A DNA stretch of 32,000 bases from Nostoc punctiforme PCC 73102 (GCF_000020025.1 NC_010631.1:150001-182000), one strand, 5' to 3'; positions 1 through 9,755 are shown, numbered from the stretch's first letter. The notes: a model not told the origin generated them from the letters alone. Program-made: numbers and translations.

Positions 1-1602
1 CTGAGCAATCTAGGAAATGCTTACGGTTCGCTGGGAGACTACGCCAAAGCGATTGAGTACCAGCAGCAAAGTTTAGCGATCGCACGAGAAATCAAAGACC
101 GTTTAGGTGAGGGGAATGTTCTGGGGAATCTAGGATTTACTTTAAACAAATCTGGCAATCTTGCAGAAGCAGAAAAAAACCTCCGGGCTGGGATAGAGGT
201 CTGGGAATCTGTCAGGAGACAGTTGGGTAAAAATGATAGCTACAAAGTCTCAATTTTTGAACGACAATCTCGCACTTACCGCATACTACAAAGAGTCCTA
301 ATTGCTCAGAATAAAACCAAAGAAGCGTTAGAAATTTCTGAACGGGGACGTTCTAGGGCATTTGTGGAGTTATTAACTTCACGGTTGTCTAGCGAAAGTG
401 CAGGTCAAACTGTAGAACGTCCTGTTGATAAACCGACAATATCGCTGTTGCAACAAATCGCCAAACAACAAAATGCCACCCTCGTTGAATATTCAACTAT
501 TGGTGATGAATTCAAGATTCAAGGTAAACAAGAACAAAAAGAATCAGAACTCTACATTTGGGTAATCAAACCCACAGGTGAAGTTACCTTCCGCTCTTCT
601 GACCTCAAACCCCTGTGGCAAAAAGAAAATACAACTCTTGACAAGCTTGTTACTACCAGTCGTAACTTCATTGGTGCAACAAGTACACCTTTTCGCGGTG
701 GTATTATCCCCAGGGAAAATCCTAATAAACCCAAAGCCAAACAAAAATTTCAGCAACTCCATAAACTGCTGATTGAACCTATCGCTGACTTGCTTCCAAA
801 ACAAGAAACTGAAAAAGTTATCTTCATTCCCCAAAGCAGCCTATTCCTCGTTCCCTTCGCCGCATTACAAGACGCAGACGGCAAATACCTGATTGAAAAA
901 CACACCATCCTCACATCTCCATCAATTCAGGTTTTAGATTTAACCCACAAACAGAAACAACGGCTTGGAACAAAACCCATAGAAGGAAAAGATACGCTGA
1001 TTGTAGGTAATCCCACAATGCCTTTTCTCGCCCCAAAAATCGGCGATACTCCGCAACAATTAAAACCTTTACTTGGCGCAGAACTTGAAGCAGTTGCAAT
1101 TAGCAAGTTACTCAAAACCGAACCTCTCATCGGCAAGAAAGCCACAGAAGAAACTATAGTCAAGCGTTTACCCGAAGCGCGATTTGTTCATTTAGCAACA
1201 CATGGTTTATTTGATGATATCCAAGGATTAAATAGTGGCATTGCTTTGACTCCATCGGGTAAAGATGATGGTTTATTAACAGCCTCGGAAATCCTCGATC
1301 TGAAGCTAAATGCCGAATTAGTCGTTTTAAGCGCTTGCGACACCGGACGCGGACGCATTTCTGGGGATGGGGTAATTGGTTTATCTCGTTCGTTAATTAG
1401 TGCTGGTGTACCCAGTGTCTTAGTATCGCTGTGGTCGATTCCAGATGCGCCCACAGCCCTATTAATGACGGAATTTTATCAAAATCTGCAAAAAGGCTCC
1501 GACAAAGCGCAAGCACTGCGACAGGCAATGCTGAAAACCATTCAGAAATATCCTCAACCCAAATATTGGGCAGCTTTTACTCTCATTGGCGAAGCTGAGT
1601 AA
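1..1602 (+). CDS. TPR-repeat CHAT-domain protein (caspase-like protease family), 5' end outside window
   Basis: Frame 1 is open from base 1 (LSNLGNAYGSLGDYAKAIEYQQQSLAIAREIKDR...), so the listed ATG at 223 is internal. TPR units are followed by a CHAT-like C-terminus (HLATHG...LSACDTG...WAAFTLIGEAE). About 90% or higher nucleotide identity to the 3' half of the next gene. Confidence 0.9.
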   Translation: MSNLGNAYGSLGDYAKAIEYQQQSLAIAREIKDRLGEGNVLGNLGFTLNKSGNLAEAEKNLRAGIEVWESVRRQLGKNDSYKVSIFERQSRTYRILQRVLIAQNKTKEALEISERGRSRAFVELLTSRLSSESAGQTVERPVDKPTISLLQQIAKQQNATLVEYSTIGDEFKIQGKQEQKESELYIWVIKPTGEVTFRSSDLKPLWQKENTTLDKLVTTSRNFIGATSTPFRGGIIPRENPNKPKAKQKFQQLHKLLIEPIADLLPKQETEKVIFIPQSSLFLVPFAALQDADGKYLIEKHTILTSPSIQVLDLTHKQKQRLGTKPIEGKDTLIVGNPTMPFLAPKIGDTPQQLKPLLGAELEAVAISKLLKTEPLIGKKATEETIVKRLPEARFVHLATHGLFDDIQGLNSGIALTPSGKDDGLLTASEILDLKLNAELVVLSACDTGRGRISGDGVIGLSRSLISAGVPSVLVSLWSIPDAPTALLMTEFYQNLQKGSDKAQALRQAMLKTIQKYPQPKYWAAFTLIGEAE

Positions 1603-1681
1603 GTTTTTAAAGTTATCTACTCAACCCAAAAGCGCTTTATATCTTTTTAAACTCCCTACTTTACTCGTGGCTCTCAAATCT

Positions 1682-4432
1682 ATGCGCGATCGCAAACTTA
1701 GTTTAACCGCATTGATCACTCTCATCTTGACTGTTTCACTGCCGATTACAAATTTGCCTCCACTATTCCAAGCGTCGCAAGTATTAGCGCAAACACCAGC
1801 AGACCGCAAAGCTGAAGCTGACCGACTTTTAAATCAAGGTTTCGAGCAGCTTCAAACGAGTCAATTTACAGCAGCATTAGAGTCTGGGCAACAGGCACTA
1901 ATTATCTATCGAGAAATCAAAGACCGTCAAGGTGAGGGGCGTACTTTAATTTTTCAAGGTGCTGCTCATCTTAGTCTGGGAGACAAAGCTCGTGCGATCA
2001 CTTATCTAGAACAAGGTTTAGCCATCGCCAAGCAAATCAATAATCAGGATTTGGAGAAAAATGCTCAAGTAATTCTACAATTAGCTCAAGATCAAAATAA
2101 CCCCCGCAAAACAGAAGCAGACCGACTATTAGAACAAGGTATTAAGCAAGGTACGACCGGTCAATTTGAAGCCGCGTTACAGTCTTTGCAACAATCGTTG
2201 ATTATCTATCGTCAAATTAAAGACCGTCAAGGTGAGGGTAATGCTCTGGGTAATCTGGGACTTGCTTACCACTTCCTCGGAGATTACTCCAAAGCTATTG
2301 TTTACCACCAGGAGATATTGGCGATCGCCCGTGAAATCAAAGACCGTCAAGGTGAAGGTAATGCTCTGGGTAATCTGGGAATTGCTTACCAAGCCCTGGG
2401 AGACTACAGCAAGGCCATTGATTACCATCAGCAACATTTAGTGATCGCCCGTGAAATCAAAGACCGTCGAGGTGAGGGTAATGCTCTGGGTAATTTGGGA
2501 AATGCTTACCACTTCCTCGGAGATTACCCCAAAGCTATTGTTTACCACCAGGAGATATTGGCGATCGCCCGTGAAATCAAAGACCGTCAAGGTGAAGGTA
2601 ATGCTCTGGGTAATCTGGGAGGTATTTACTCGTACCTCAAAGATTACCGCCAAGCCATTGATTACCATCAGCAACATTTAGTGATCGCCCGTGAAATCAA
2701 AGACCGTCAAGGTGAGGGTAAGGCTCTGGATAATCTGGGATTTGCTTACAGTCGCCTCGGAGATTACAAAAAAGCTATTAATTACTGCCAGCAAAGTTTG
2801 GCGATCGCCCGTGAAATTAAAGACCGTCGAGGTGAGGGTAATGCTCTGGGTAGTCTAGCACTTACTTACGAGAACCTGGGAGATTACCCCAAAGCCATTG
2901 ATTACCATCAGCAGAGTTTGGCGATCGCCCGTGAAATCAAAGACCGTTTCGGCGAGGGTCAATCTCTGAACAATCTAGGATTAGCTTACCAAAAATCTGG
3001 CAATCTTACAGAAGCAGAAAAAACCCTCCGCCCTGGAATTGAAGTTTGGGAATCTCTCAGGGGAACATTGGGTAAGAATGATAGCTACAAAGTTTCAATT
3101 TTTGAAGAACAAGCTCGCACTTACCGCATACTGCAAGAAGTCCTAATTGCTCAGAATAAAACCAATGATGCTCTAGAAATTTCTGAACGGGGACGTTCCA
3201 GAGCGTTTGTAGAGTTATTGACTTCGCGCTTGTCTAGCAAAAATATAGGTCAAATCCCAGAAAAACCGACACTATTGCTGCTGCAACAAATCGCCAAACA
3301 GGAAAATGCGACTCTCATTGAATATTCAATTATTTATAATGATGTAAAAATTCAGGGTAAGCAAGAAACTCATGAATCAGAACTCTATATTTGGGTAATC
3401 AAACCAACGGGTGAAGTTACCTTTCGCAAAGCTGACTTGAAACCCCTGTGGCAAAAAGAAAATACAACTCTTGCAAAACTCGTTACCACCAGCCGCAACT
3501 CCATTGGTGCAAGAAGTACAGCTTTTCGCGGCATCAAGGTAACTTACAACCCCAATGCACCCAAAGGCAAAAATAATTTAAAGCGTCTACACGAATTATT
3601 AATCAACCCCATCGCTAGCTTATTATCTAAAAATTCTAGCGACAGAATTATCTTCATTCCCCAAAGTAGCCTATTCCTCGTTCCCTTCGCCGCATTACAA
3701 GACGCAGACGGTAAATACCTGATTGAAAAACACACTATTCTCACATCCCCATCAATTCAAGTTTTAGACTTAACCCACAAACAGAGACAACGGATCGGCA
3801 CACAACCCATCCAGGGAAAAGATACGCTGATTGTTGGTAATCCGACCATGCCTTTTGTCGCACCAAAAATCGGCGAAACTCCGCAACAATTAATTCCTTT
3901 ACCTGGTGCAGAACGGGAAGCGATCGCAATTAGCAAATTACTCAAAACCGAACCTCTCATCGGCAAGAAAGCCACAGAAGCAACGGTAGTGAAGCGTTTA
4001 CCCCAAGCGCGATTTATTCATTTAGCAACCCACGGTATATTTGATGATATCCAAGGTTTAAATAGCGGTATTGCTCTGACTCCATCCGGTAAAGATGATG
4101 GTTTATTAACAGCCTCTGAAATCCTCGACCTGAAGCTAAATGCCGAATTAGTCATTTTAAGCGCTTGCGACACCGGACGCGGACGCCTAACTGGGGATGG
4201 AGTAATTGGTTTATCTCGTTCGTTAATTAGTGCTGGTGTACCCAGTGTCTTAGTGTCGCTGTGGTCGGTTCCTGATGCGCCCACATCACTATTAATGACG
4301 GAATTTTATCAAAACCTTCAAAAGAGCCAAGACAAGGCGCAAGCATTGCGGCAGGCGATGCTGACGACGATGAAAAATAATCCGAATCCTGTTGATTGGG
4401 CAGCTTTTACACTCATTGGGGAAGCTGAGTAG
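1682..4432 (+). CDS. TPR-repeat CHAT-domain protein with N-terminal signal-peptide-like segment
   Basis: Long ORF 1586-4432. I prefer the ATG at 1682 (MRDRKLSLTALITLILTVSLPI...VLAQ) because 1586 overlaps the upstream gene's stop. About nine 40-aa TPR units precede a CHAT domain (HLATHG, LSACDTG, WAAFTLIGEAE). Confidence 0.9.
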   Translation: MRDRKLSLTALITLILTVSLPITNLPPLFQASQVLAQTPADRKAEADRLLNQGFEQLQTSQFTAALESGQQALIIYREIKDRQGEGRTLIFQGAAHLSLGDKARAITYLEQGLAIAKQINNQDLEKNAQVILQLAQDQNNPRKTEADRLLEQGIKQGTTGQFEAALQSLQQSLIIYRQIKDRQGEGNALGNLGLAYHFLGDYSKAIVYHQEILAIAREIKDRQGEGNALGNLGIAYQALGDYSKAIDYHQQHLVIAREIKDRRGEGNALGNLGNAYHFLGDYPKAIVYHQEILAIAREIKDRQGEGNALGNLGGIYSYLKDYRQAIDYHQQHLVIAREIKDRQGEGKALDNLGFAYSRLGDYKKAINYCQQSLAIAREIKDRRGEGNALGSLALTYENLGDYPKAIDYHQQSLAIAREIKDRFGEGQSLNNLGLAYQKSGNLTEAEKTLRPGIEVWESLRGTLGKNDSYKVSIFEEQARTYRILQEVLIAQNKTNDALEISERGRSRAFVELLTSRLSSKNIGQIPEKPTLLLLQQIAKQENATLIEYSIIYNDVKIQGKQETHESELYIWVIKPTGEVTFRKADLKPLWQKENTTLAKLVTTSRNSIGARSTAFRGIKVTYNPNAPKGKNNLKRLHELLINPIASLLSKNSSDRIIFIPQSSLFLVPFAALQDADGKYLIEKHTILTSPSIQVLDLTHKQRQRIGTQPIQGKDTLIVGNPTMPFVAPKIGETPQQLIPLPGAEREAIAISKLLKTEPLIGKKATEATVVKRLPQARFIHLATHGIFDDIQGLNSGIALTPSGKDDGLLTASEILDLKLNAELVILSACDTGRGRLTGDGVIGLSRSLISAGVPSVLVSLWSVPDAPTSLLMTEFYQNLQKSQDKAQALRQAMLTTMKNNPNPVDWAAFTLIGEAE
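2200..3000 (+). repeat. Coding tandem repeat, 120-bp period (one TPR unit) with a 240-bp higher-order period
   Basis: The string agaccgtcaaggtga recurs at 2221, 2341, 2461, 2581, 2701, 2821 and 2941. Blocks 2281-2340 and 2521-2580 differ at 1 of 60 nt. Each unit carries a HIP1 or near-HIP1 site (gcgatcgcc / gtgatcgcc). Confidence 0.95.
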
Positions 4433-4487
4433 GTTTTTAAAAGTTAGGGATTTCCAAGAAATAAATTATCTATTAAATAACACTAAT

Positions 4488-7400
4488 ATGATCCAACTGC
4501 ACCTGCACCGTCTGAAATTAATCCTATTGCTGTGTTTATCATTGTCTTCAGAAACAGTCAGCGCCAATCCCAAACCGATACCCGGCCTCTTAACCCCACC
4601 CCTGCAACTGAGAACTCAAACCAACACCTCAGACACCAACCGCGCTGCGGCTGAAAAAGCAGAACAAGAAGCCGGACAATTAGGTAAACAGAAAGCACCC
4701 TTATTAACCAAAATCATTCCTAAATGGGAAGAAGCCCTAAAATATTGGCGTTTAGCAGGCGATCGCCAAAAAGAAACCCAAACTCTCGACAGAATCTCTA
4801 AATTATACTTGGCTCGGGGAGAATTCCCCAAAGCTTTAGAATATGCTCAGAAAGCGCTACCTATTTGTCAAGCTTTAGGCGATCGCGACTGTGAGGGAGC
4901 AGTCACTGGTTCACTTAGCCTGAGCTACCAGAACATGGGTGAATATGAAAAGGCGATCGATATGCAGCTGCAACTGCCATTCTTTTTTCCCAAAACTGCC
5001 GATTTGCCACCTGCCGTTTTTAGTTCAGTTGGACAGATTTATGATAATTTAGGGGAAAAACAGAAAGCACTTGATTATTACAACAAAGCTTTGGATTTCT
5101 GGAAAGAAAAAGGTGATGTCGTCAAACAAGCTGAAAGACTCCAAAATATTGCTTTTTTTCACGTGTTCTTAGGTGAAATAGAAAAAAGTATTGAAATTAT
5201 CAAGCAAGCTAATAATCTAGATCCAGAATTTAAGAGAAATGAAAGCAACTACAATGCGTTTTACGTTTCGTTACGTAGCACAAGTTGTTCTGATAAATTA
5301 GCATCAATAAAAAAGCCTCCTAAAATTGAGAAATTAGATAATTCTTCTAACCAATCAGCAAGCACTAATTCTGCCGCAGCTACCAAGAATAATATCGAAA
5401 GTTGGAAACAAAAAGTTCAACAATATCGCACACAAGAACTTCTTAGAGGTGAAGCGGGTTTTCTAGAACTCCTTGGCGGTCTGGAATACAAAAGAATTGG
5501 AGAATATAAAAAAGCCCTTGAAGTTTATCAACAAGCACTCGAACTGAGACAAATAATGGGCGGTAAGCCCAGGGAAGCCGAGACACTTACCAATATTGCT
5601 GATATTCTCAACCGACAAGGGAAAAAACAAGAAGCGATTAATGTCCTCAATCAAGCGTTAGACATTCAACGTCAGATTAAAGCTCGTCCAGCACAAGCAG
5701 ATACTTTGTTGACTCTCGGTGATGTTTACTTGTCTTTAGGGGCATATCCTGAGAGTTTAAATGTTTATAATCAAGCATTATCCACCTCAAAAATTATTGG
5801 CAATCGCAGCCGTGAAATTGATGCTCTCAGGAGGATTGGTGATGTTTATCGCAAGTCGCAAACATACCCACAAGCTCTGAGTTATTATCAACAAGCCTTG
5901 TCTATATCCAAAAATACAGGAAACTGTAACCAAGAAAGCACTTTACTATCGAGTATTACTCAAAATCACTTTGCTGCGGGAGATTATCAACAAGCAATTA
6001 ATTTTGGCAATCAGGCTTTAGCTTTATCTCGTAATTTAGAGATTGATGAGTATAAATTAGCCTTAGAAGCAAGGACACTTGATATATTTGCTAAAGTTGA
6101 AATTAAACAAGGAAATTATTCCAAGTCTCTAGAATCCTCTCAAAAAGCTAGAAAACTGGGGCGAGAATCAGGTTTCAGGGAAATAGAGGCAAGAGCGATC
6201 GCCGCAACTGCTGAAGCTTACGAAGCCCTGAAACAACCAGAGAAAGCTATACAAGCTTATCAAGAACAACTTGCTCTTTATGCTCAAATGGGCTTAAGTA
6301 CTGAACAAGCCCAAAGTTACTACAATATCGCCAAACTGCAACGCCAAAACAACCAATTACCAGAATCCCTCAGTGAAATAGATAAAGCAATCGAAATCAT
6401 CGAAAACATCCGCAAAGAAGTCGTTAGTGAAGATTTAAAAACTTCCTTTTTTGCCACAGTACAGGATTATTATCAACTGAAAATCAACATTTTGATGGAA
6501 CTGCACAAAAAAGACCCATCAAAAGGATACAACGCTCTTGCCCTCGACACCAGCGAACGCTCCCGCGCCCGCAGTCTGCTAGAACTCCTGACTGAAGCCC
6601 ATGCAGATATCCGTAAGGGGGTAGATCCAAAACTCTTAGAAGAGGAACTTAGTGTACAGCAACAAATTGATGCCAGAAGGAAAATCCGGATTGAACTCTT
6701 ATCAAGTAAAAAAAACTCAGAACAAGTAGATGAATTAAATAAAGAAATTGAAGAGCTTTCAGAGAAATATCAGCAAATTCTAGCTTCTATCCGCGCTAAA
6801 AGCCCGGTTTATGCAGCAATTACCCAACCTCATCCCCTGACACTCGCAGAAATTCAATCCTCAGTTCTTGATGACAACACTATTCTTTTACAATATTCTC
6901 TTGGTAAGGATCACAGTTATCTTTGGTTAGTGACAAAGACGGGAATGAAAAGTTATGAACTACCCAAAGGTGAAGATATTGAAACGGCAGCTAAGAAATT
7001 TTATCAAAATATCAAAGGTGGCAGGGAATTATATTCACGAGGTGGAATTACAGTTCAACCTGGAATAAACGCTGGAAATCCTGAAAAAGTTGCCACTAAA
7101 TTAAGTCAAATGTTGTTACAGCCTGTAGCGCAGGAATTAGGAAATAAGCGATTGTTGATTGTGGGTGATGGAATTTTACAATATATCCCCTTTGCGGCGT
7201 TGCCAAATCCAACACAAACAAAATTACAACCATTGTTAGTAGAACATGAAATTGTGAATGCGCCTTCGGCTTCTACAATTTCGGTAGTAAGGAATGAAAC
7301 TAAAAACCGCAATGTAGCTGTGAAAAAATTAGCTGTGTTGGCAGATCCGGTATTTAGTAAAGATGACGATCGGTTAAAGCCAGATGTAACTCAAAGTGTT

Positions 7401-8066
7401 CAAAATAGAGGTAAAAATCCCAACTTTACTGAATTAAATACTTTAGCAATGAGGCGTTCTAGCTGTGATTCAAATTTTAGCTTTCCTCGCCTTGAAGGGA
7501 CGCACACAGAAGCCACAAATATTTTGAGTTTAGTTCCTAAATCATTAAGCAAATCAGCTTTTGATTTTGATGTTAATCGTACTACCGTAACGAATCCAGA
7601 AATGAGTCAATACCAAATTGTACACTTTGCAACTCACGGATTTTTCGATACTAACAATCCTAAGTGTTCTAGTGTAGTGCTGTCTTTGGTAGATTCAAAA
7701 GGAAATGCTGAAGATGGTTTTCTTCAACTTCAGGATATTTTCAACCTCAACTTACCAGCAGAATTAGTGGTGCTAAGTGCTTGTGAAACCGGACTTGGAG
7801 AACAAGTAAAAGGTGAAGGTTTGGTGGGGTTAACAAGAGGGTTTATGTATGCAGGTAGTCCAAGAGTTGCTGTTAGTTTGTGGAGTGTAGACGATCAAGG
7901 AACAGCAGAATTAATGACGAAATTTTACACAAACATGCTTAAAGATAATTTACCATCTGTAGCCGCGCTGAGGGCTGCACAATTAGAAATGTGGCAAAGT
8001 CCCAATCCCAACTATTCTCAGACTAATGTCTGGGCGGCTTTTACTTTACAAGGTGAGTGGCGATGA
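4488..8066 (+). CDS. Large TPR-repeat CHAT-domain protein with signal-peptide-like N-terminus
   Basis: ORF 4392-8066. I prefer the ATG at 4488 (MIQLHLHRLKLILLLCLSLSSETVSANP), which lies after the upstream stop. Degenerate TPRs are followed by a C-terminal CHAT signature (HFATHG...LSACETG...WAAFTLQGEW). More divergent than genes 1 and 2. Confidence 0.9.
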   Translation: MIQLHLHRLKLILLLCLSLSSETVSANPKPIPGLLTPPLQLRTQTNTSDTNRAAAEKAEQEAGQLGKQKAPLLTKIIPKWEEALKYWRLAGDRQKETQTLDRISKLYLARGEFPKALEYAQKALPICQALGDRDCEGAVTGSLSLSYQNMGEYEKAIDMQLQLPFFFPKTADLPPAVFSSVGQIYDNLGEKQKALDYYNKALDFWKEKGDVVKQAERLQNIAFFHVFLGEIEKSIEIIKQANNLDPEFKRNESNYNAFYVSLRSTSCSDKLASIKKPPKIEKLDNSSNQSASTNSAAATKNNIESWKQKVQQYRTQELLRGEAGFLELLGGLEYKRIGEYKKALEVYQQALELRQIMGGKPREAETLTNIADILNRQGKKQEAINVLNQALDIQRQIKARPAQADTLLTLGDVYLSLGAYPESLNVYNQALSTSKIIGNRSREIDALRRIGDVYRKSQTYPQALSYYQQALSISKNTGNCNQESTLLSSITQNHFAAGDYQQAINFGNQALALSRNLEIDEYKLALEARTLDIFAKVEIKQGNYSKSLESSQKARKLGRESGFREIEARAIAATAEAYEALKQPEKAIQAYQEQLALYAQMGLSTEQAQSYYNIAKLQRQNNQLPESLSEIDKAIEIIENIRKEVVSEDLKTSFFATVQDYYQLKINILMELHKKDPSKGYNALALDTSERSRARSLLELLTEAHADIRKGVDPKLLEEELSVQQQIDARRKIRIELLSSKKNSEQVDELNKEIEELSEKYQQILASIRAKSPVYAAITQPHPLTLAEIQSSVLDDNTILLQYSLGKDHSYLWLVTKTGMKSYELPKGEDIETAAKKFYQNIKGGRELYSRGGITVQPGINAGNPEKVATKLSQMLLQPVAQELGNKRLLIVGDGILQYIPFAALPNPTQTKLQPLLVEHEIVNAPSASTISVVRNETKNRNVAVKKLAVLADPVFSKDDDRLKPDVTQSVQNRGKNPNFTELNTLAMRRSSCDSNFSFPRLEGTHTEATNILSLVPKSLSKSAFDFDVNRTTVTNPEMSQYQIVHFATHGFFDTNNPKCSSVVLSLVDSKGNAEDGFLQLQDIFNLNLPAELVVLSACETGLGEQVKGEGLVGLTRGFMYAGSPRVAVSLWSVDDQGTAELMTKFYTNMLKDNLPSVAALRAAQLEMWQSPNPNYSQTNVWAAFTLQGEWR

Positions 8067-8270
8067 TGTGAGGTGAGATTATGAAGATTCTGACTGGAGT
8101 TTAGTTCAAGGGGTGTTTCTCAAAGTCTTGTCCTGTATGGCTTAGAGTTGCCTCCTGACCCAGTAAGGTAGGGAAGAGTGTTTAAGAGATTTGAATGCGT
8201 TAGGGAAGCTTAACGAAGTTATCGCCGCAGATTGTGTGTAACGGAAAAATAAGCATTCCAGCTTGATCAG

Positions 8271-8319
8271 TGCGGCCACTTTATCCTTTACAAACGGCCA
8301 TGTTATCCTTTAAGTGACA
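8271..8319. repeat. Orphan Tn7-like transposon end of the element-C family
   Basis: tgcggccactttatcctttacaaacggccatgttatcctttaagtgaca matches the tniQ-distal end of element C (29382-29430) at about 44 of 49 positions, in the same orientation, and ends in the ...GTGACA tip. No partner end or transposase gene lies next to it. Confidence 0.75.
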
Positions 8320-8407
8320 CAGTTTGAAACCATAAAGCAAGCAAGTTGCTCACATTATGCTTTCAGTGACAGATATCGCAGGACTCTCCTATATGGCGAA
8401 TGTATTA

Positions 8408-9088
8408 TTATTGGTGGTAGGAAGGGGAGCTTTTCACCCAGACATTATGGTTGTGATAAAAATCACCACGCTGTTCTAGTGTAAACCCACCCAGCAATAG
8501 TCCTAACCATACTTCTACCATCGGCATTTGCAACACACGTTGCAGTTTAACCAAAGAAATCTCATCTTTGACATTGATCAGGTAATTAGCGATTGCACTC
8601 TGCCATTTTTCCACATCTTCATCTGATGCCAAATTGCGGACATCTTCTAAAGTTGTCACCTCATCGAGCATTGCCAAAACATTCGCTTTTTCAACAGGTG
8701 CTGCTACAGAATCACCCAACTCAGTAGGATATGAAAATTGGTGTGGGCCATGTGATCTAAAGGTTTGTGGTATTTCCGGTTCAATCAAATCATCTAAATC
8801 AAGGTGCATTATTGTCCGCACTAATCCGGCAAAGATATCAGTACTGATAATTGGCCCATCAGTATCGTTTTGAGCGCGTACATCTTCTAAGATTGACTCA
8901 GCACGGGATTTGAGAATATCTGCGATTTGATAAAAGGCTTCTGCTGCGGTAGATAACTGTGCTTCTGTTGATAAATTCTCAAGCTCAGTATCCAAACATT
9001 TCCACACCGGAGCTAGTGTTGATGTTGGCGGAGCAACCGACATTTCATCTAGCACATCCCAGATTGTTAATTGGCGATAGGTAGCCAT
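8408..9088 (-). CDS. Hypothetical acidic protein (226 aa)
   Basis: Clean 226-aa ORF. Its start lies 2 nt after the stop of the upstream ORF 9091-9558, which suggests an operon. I recognise no family. Confidence 0.6.
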   Translation of the reverse strand: MATYRQLTIWDVLDEMSVAPPTSTLAPVWKCLDTELENLSTEAQLSTAAEAFYQIADILKSRAESILEDVRAQNDTDGPIISTDIFAGLVRTIMHLDLDDLIEPEIPQTFRSHGPHQFSYPTELGDSVAAPVEKANVLAMLDEVTTLEDVRNLASDEDVEKWQSAIANYLINVKDEISLVKLQRVLQMPMVEVWLGLLLGGFTLEQRGDFYHNHNVWVKSSPSYHQ

Positions 9089-9090
9089 AG

Positions 9091-9558
9091 CTATAAATCT
9101 GGATTTAAGGGGCAGGGTCGCACAGGGCAGTGGGTTGGGCTAATCTCGAACATATCCTTGTATTGATATAGTGAGATGGCATATTGGGATGCAAAAGCCT
9201 GCAACACCTGATCTGTATAAGTGCGTATTTTACCAGCCGTTAACCCAAAGCAATGAATTGGTTCTAAGCGACAAATAGGCTGTTGTCCAAGCCACAGTTC
9301 TGCGCCCAAGGCGTGCAATGGCTTATCCCCAGGTTCTTTATATAGATACAACACAGCAACATATTTTGCTGGCGGTTCGACGGTGATGGCATCTAGTTGC
9401 GCGGAATTATCATCGGTTCGACGACGGTAGAAGGAGCGGCGATTATGGCAAACTTTAGGATTCCAGCATCCATCCCCATTTGTCCCATGCAGCACCTTGG
9501 CTTTAGCCGTTGGCAACTTGGCACATAACTGGCACTTAGGATCTAATGGTTTGGGCAT
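9091..9558 (-). CDS. Hypothetical Cys-rich protein (about 155 aa)
   Basis: ORF 9091-9612. I prefer the ATG at 9558 (MPKPLDPKCQLCAKLP...) because the first 18 codons of the longer ORF read through the heptamer repeat tract. The N-terminus has CxxC...C...CH spacing suggestive of metal binding. No family recognised. Confidence 0.55.
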   Translation of the reverse strand: MPKPLDPKCQLCAKLPTAKAKVLHGTNGDGCWNPKVCHNRRSFYRRRTDDNSAQLDAITVEPPAKYVAVLYLYKEPGDKPLHALGAELWLGQQPICRLEPIHCFGLTAGKIRTYTDQVLQAFASQYAISLYQYKDMFEISPTHCPVRPCPLNPDL

Positions 9559-9564
9559 AGAGTG

Positions 9565-9595
9565 AGGGTGTGGGGTGTAGGGTGTAGGGTGTAGG
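9565..9595. repeat. Heptanucleotide tandem repeat (GGGTGTA-type)
   Basis: gagggtgtggggtgtagggtgtagggtgtagg. It is inverted relative to the tracts at 9849-9879 and 10239-10267. Confidence 0.9.
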
Positions 9596-9718
9596 CAATG
9601 AGAAAGAATCACACCCTGCTACGCTCTACTTTCAAGAGATCGAATTAAACCCAGTAGAATTTTGCCAACTAATTTACACTGATTAATAACTGGATTTATC
9701 ACAAGCCCCGTTGGGGCG

Positions 9719-9755
9719 GGGTATAGGGTATAGGGTGTAGGGTGTAGGGTGTGGG
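9719..9755. repeat. Heptanucleotide tandem repeat (GGGTATA/GGGTGTA-type)
   Basis: ggggtatagggtatagggtgtagggtgtagggtgtggg. Confidence 0.9.

Noticed and set aside
1586-1681. Upstream start codons for CHAT gene 2 (1586) and gene 3 (4392)
   Set aside because: Both overlap the 3' end of the preceding gene and encode non-signal, low-plausibility leaders. Internal ATGs at 1682 and 4488 begin with signal-peptide-like sequences.
2200-3000. Regular 120-bp periodic repeats that could superficially resemble a CRISPR-like array
   Set aside because: They lie in frame inside a long ORF and encode canonical 40-aa TPR units. There are no unique spacers and no cas genes.
544-4284. Many 60-96 aa ORFs on the opposite strand or in alternative frames within the CHAT genes (e.g. 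544-834, 911-1099, 1188-1454, 2177-2437, 2438-2677, 3741-3929, 4018-4284)
   Set aside because: They are shadow ORFs inside strongly supported long genes. Several are duplicated only because the underlying genes are duplicated or repetitive.
8067-8407. tRNA or other conserved att-site gene adjacent to the transposon ends (also checked 13051-13197 and 29832-30215)
   Set aside because: I could not find a cloverleaf-compatible sequence or T-arm (GGTTCGAATCC-like) motif in any of the three regions. I cannot exclude a small RNA without a covariance search.
9559-9612. Longer N-terminus for ORF 9091-9612
   Set aside because: The extra codons are translated heptamer-repeat DNA (HPTPYTPHPH). The ATG at 9558 is more plausible.
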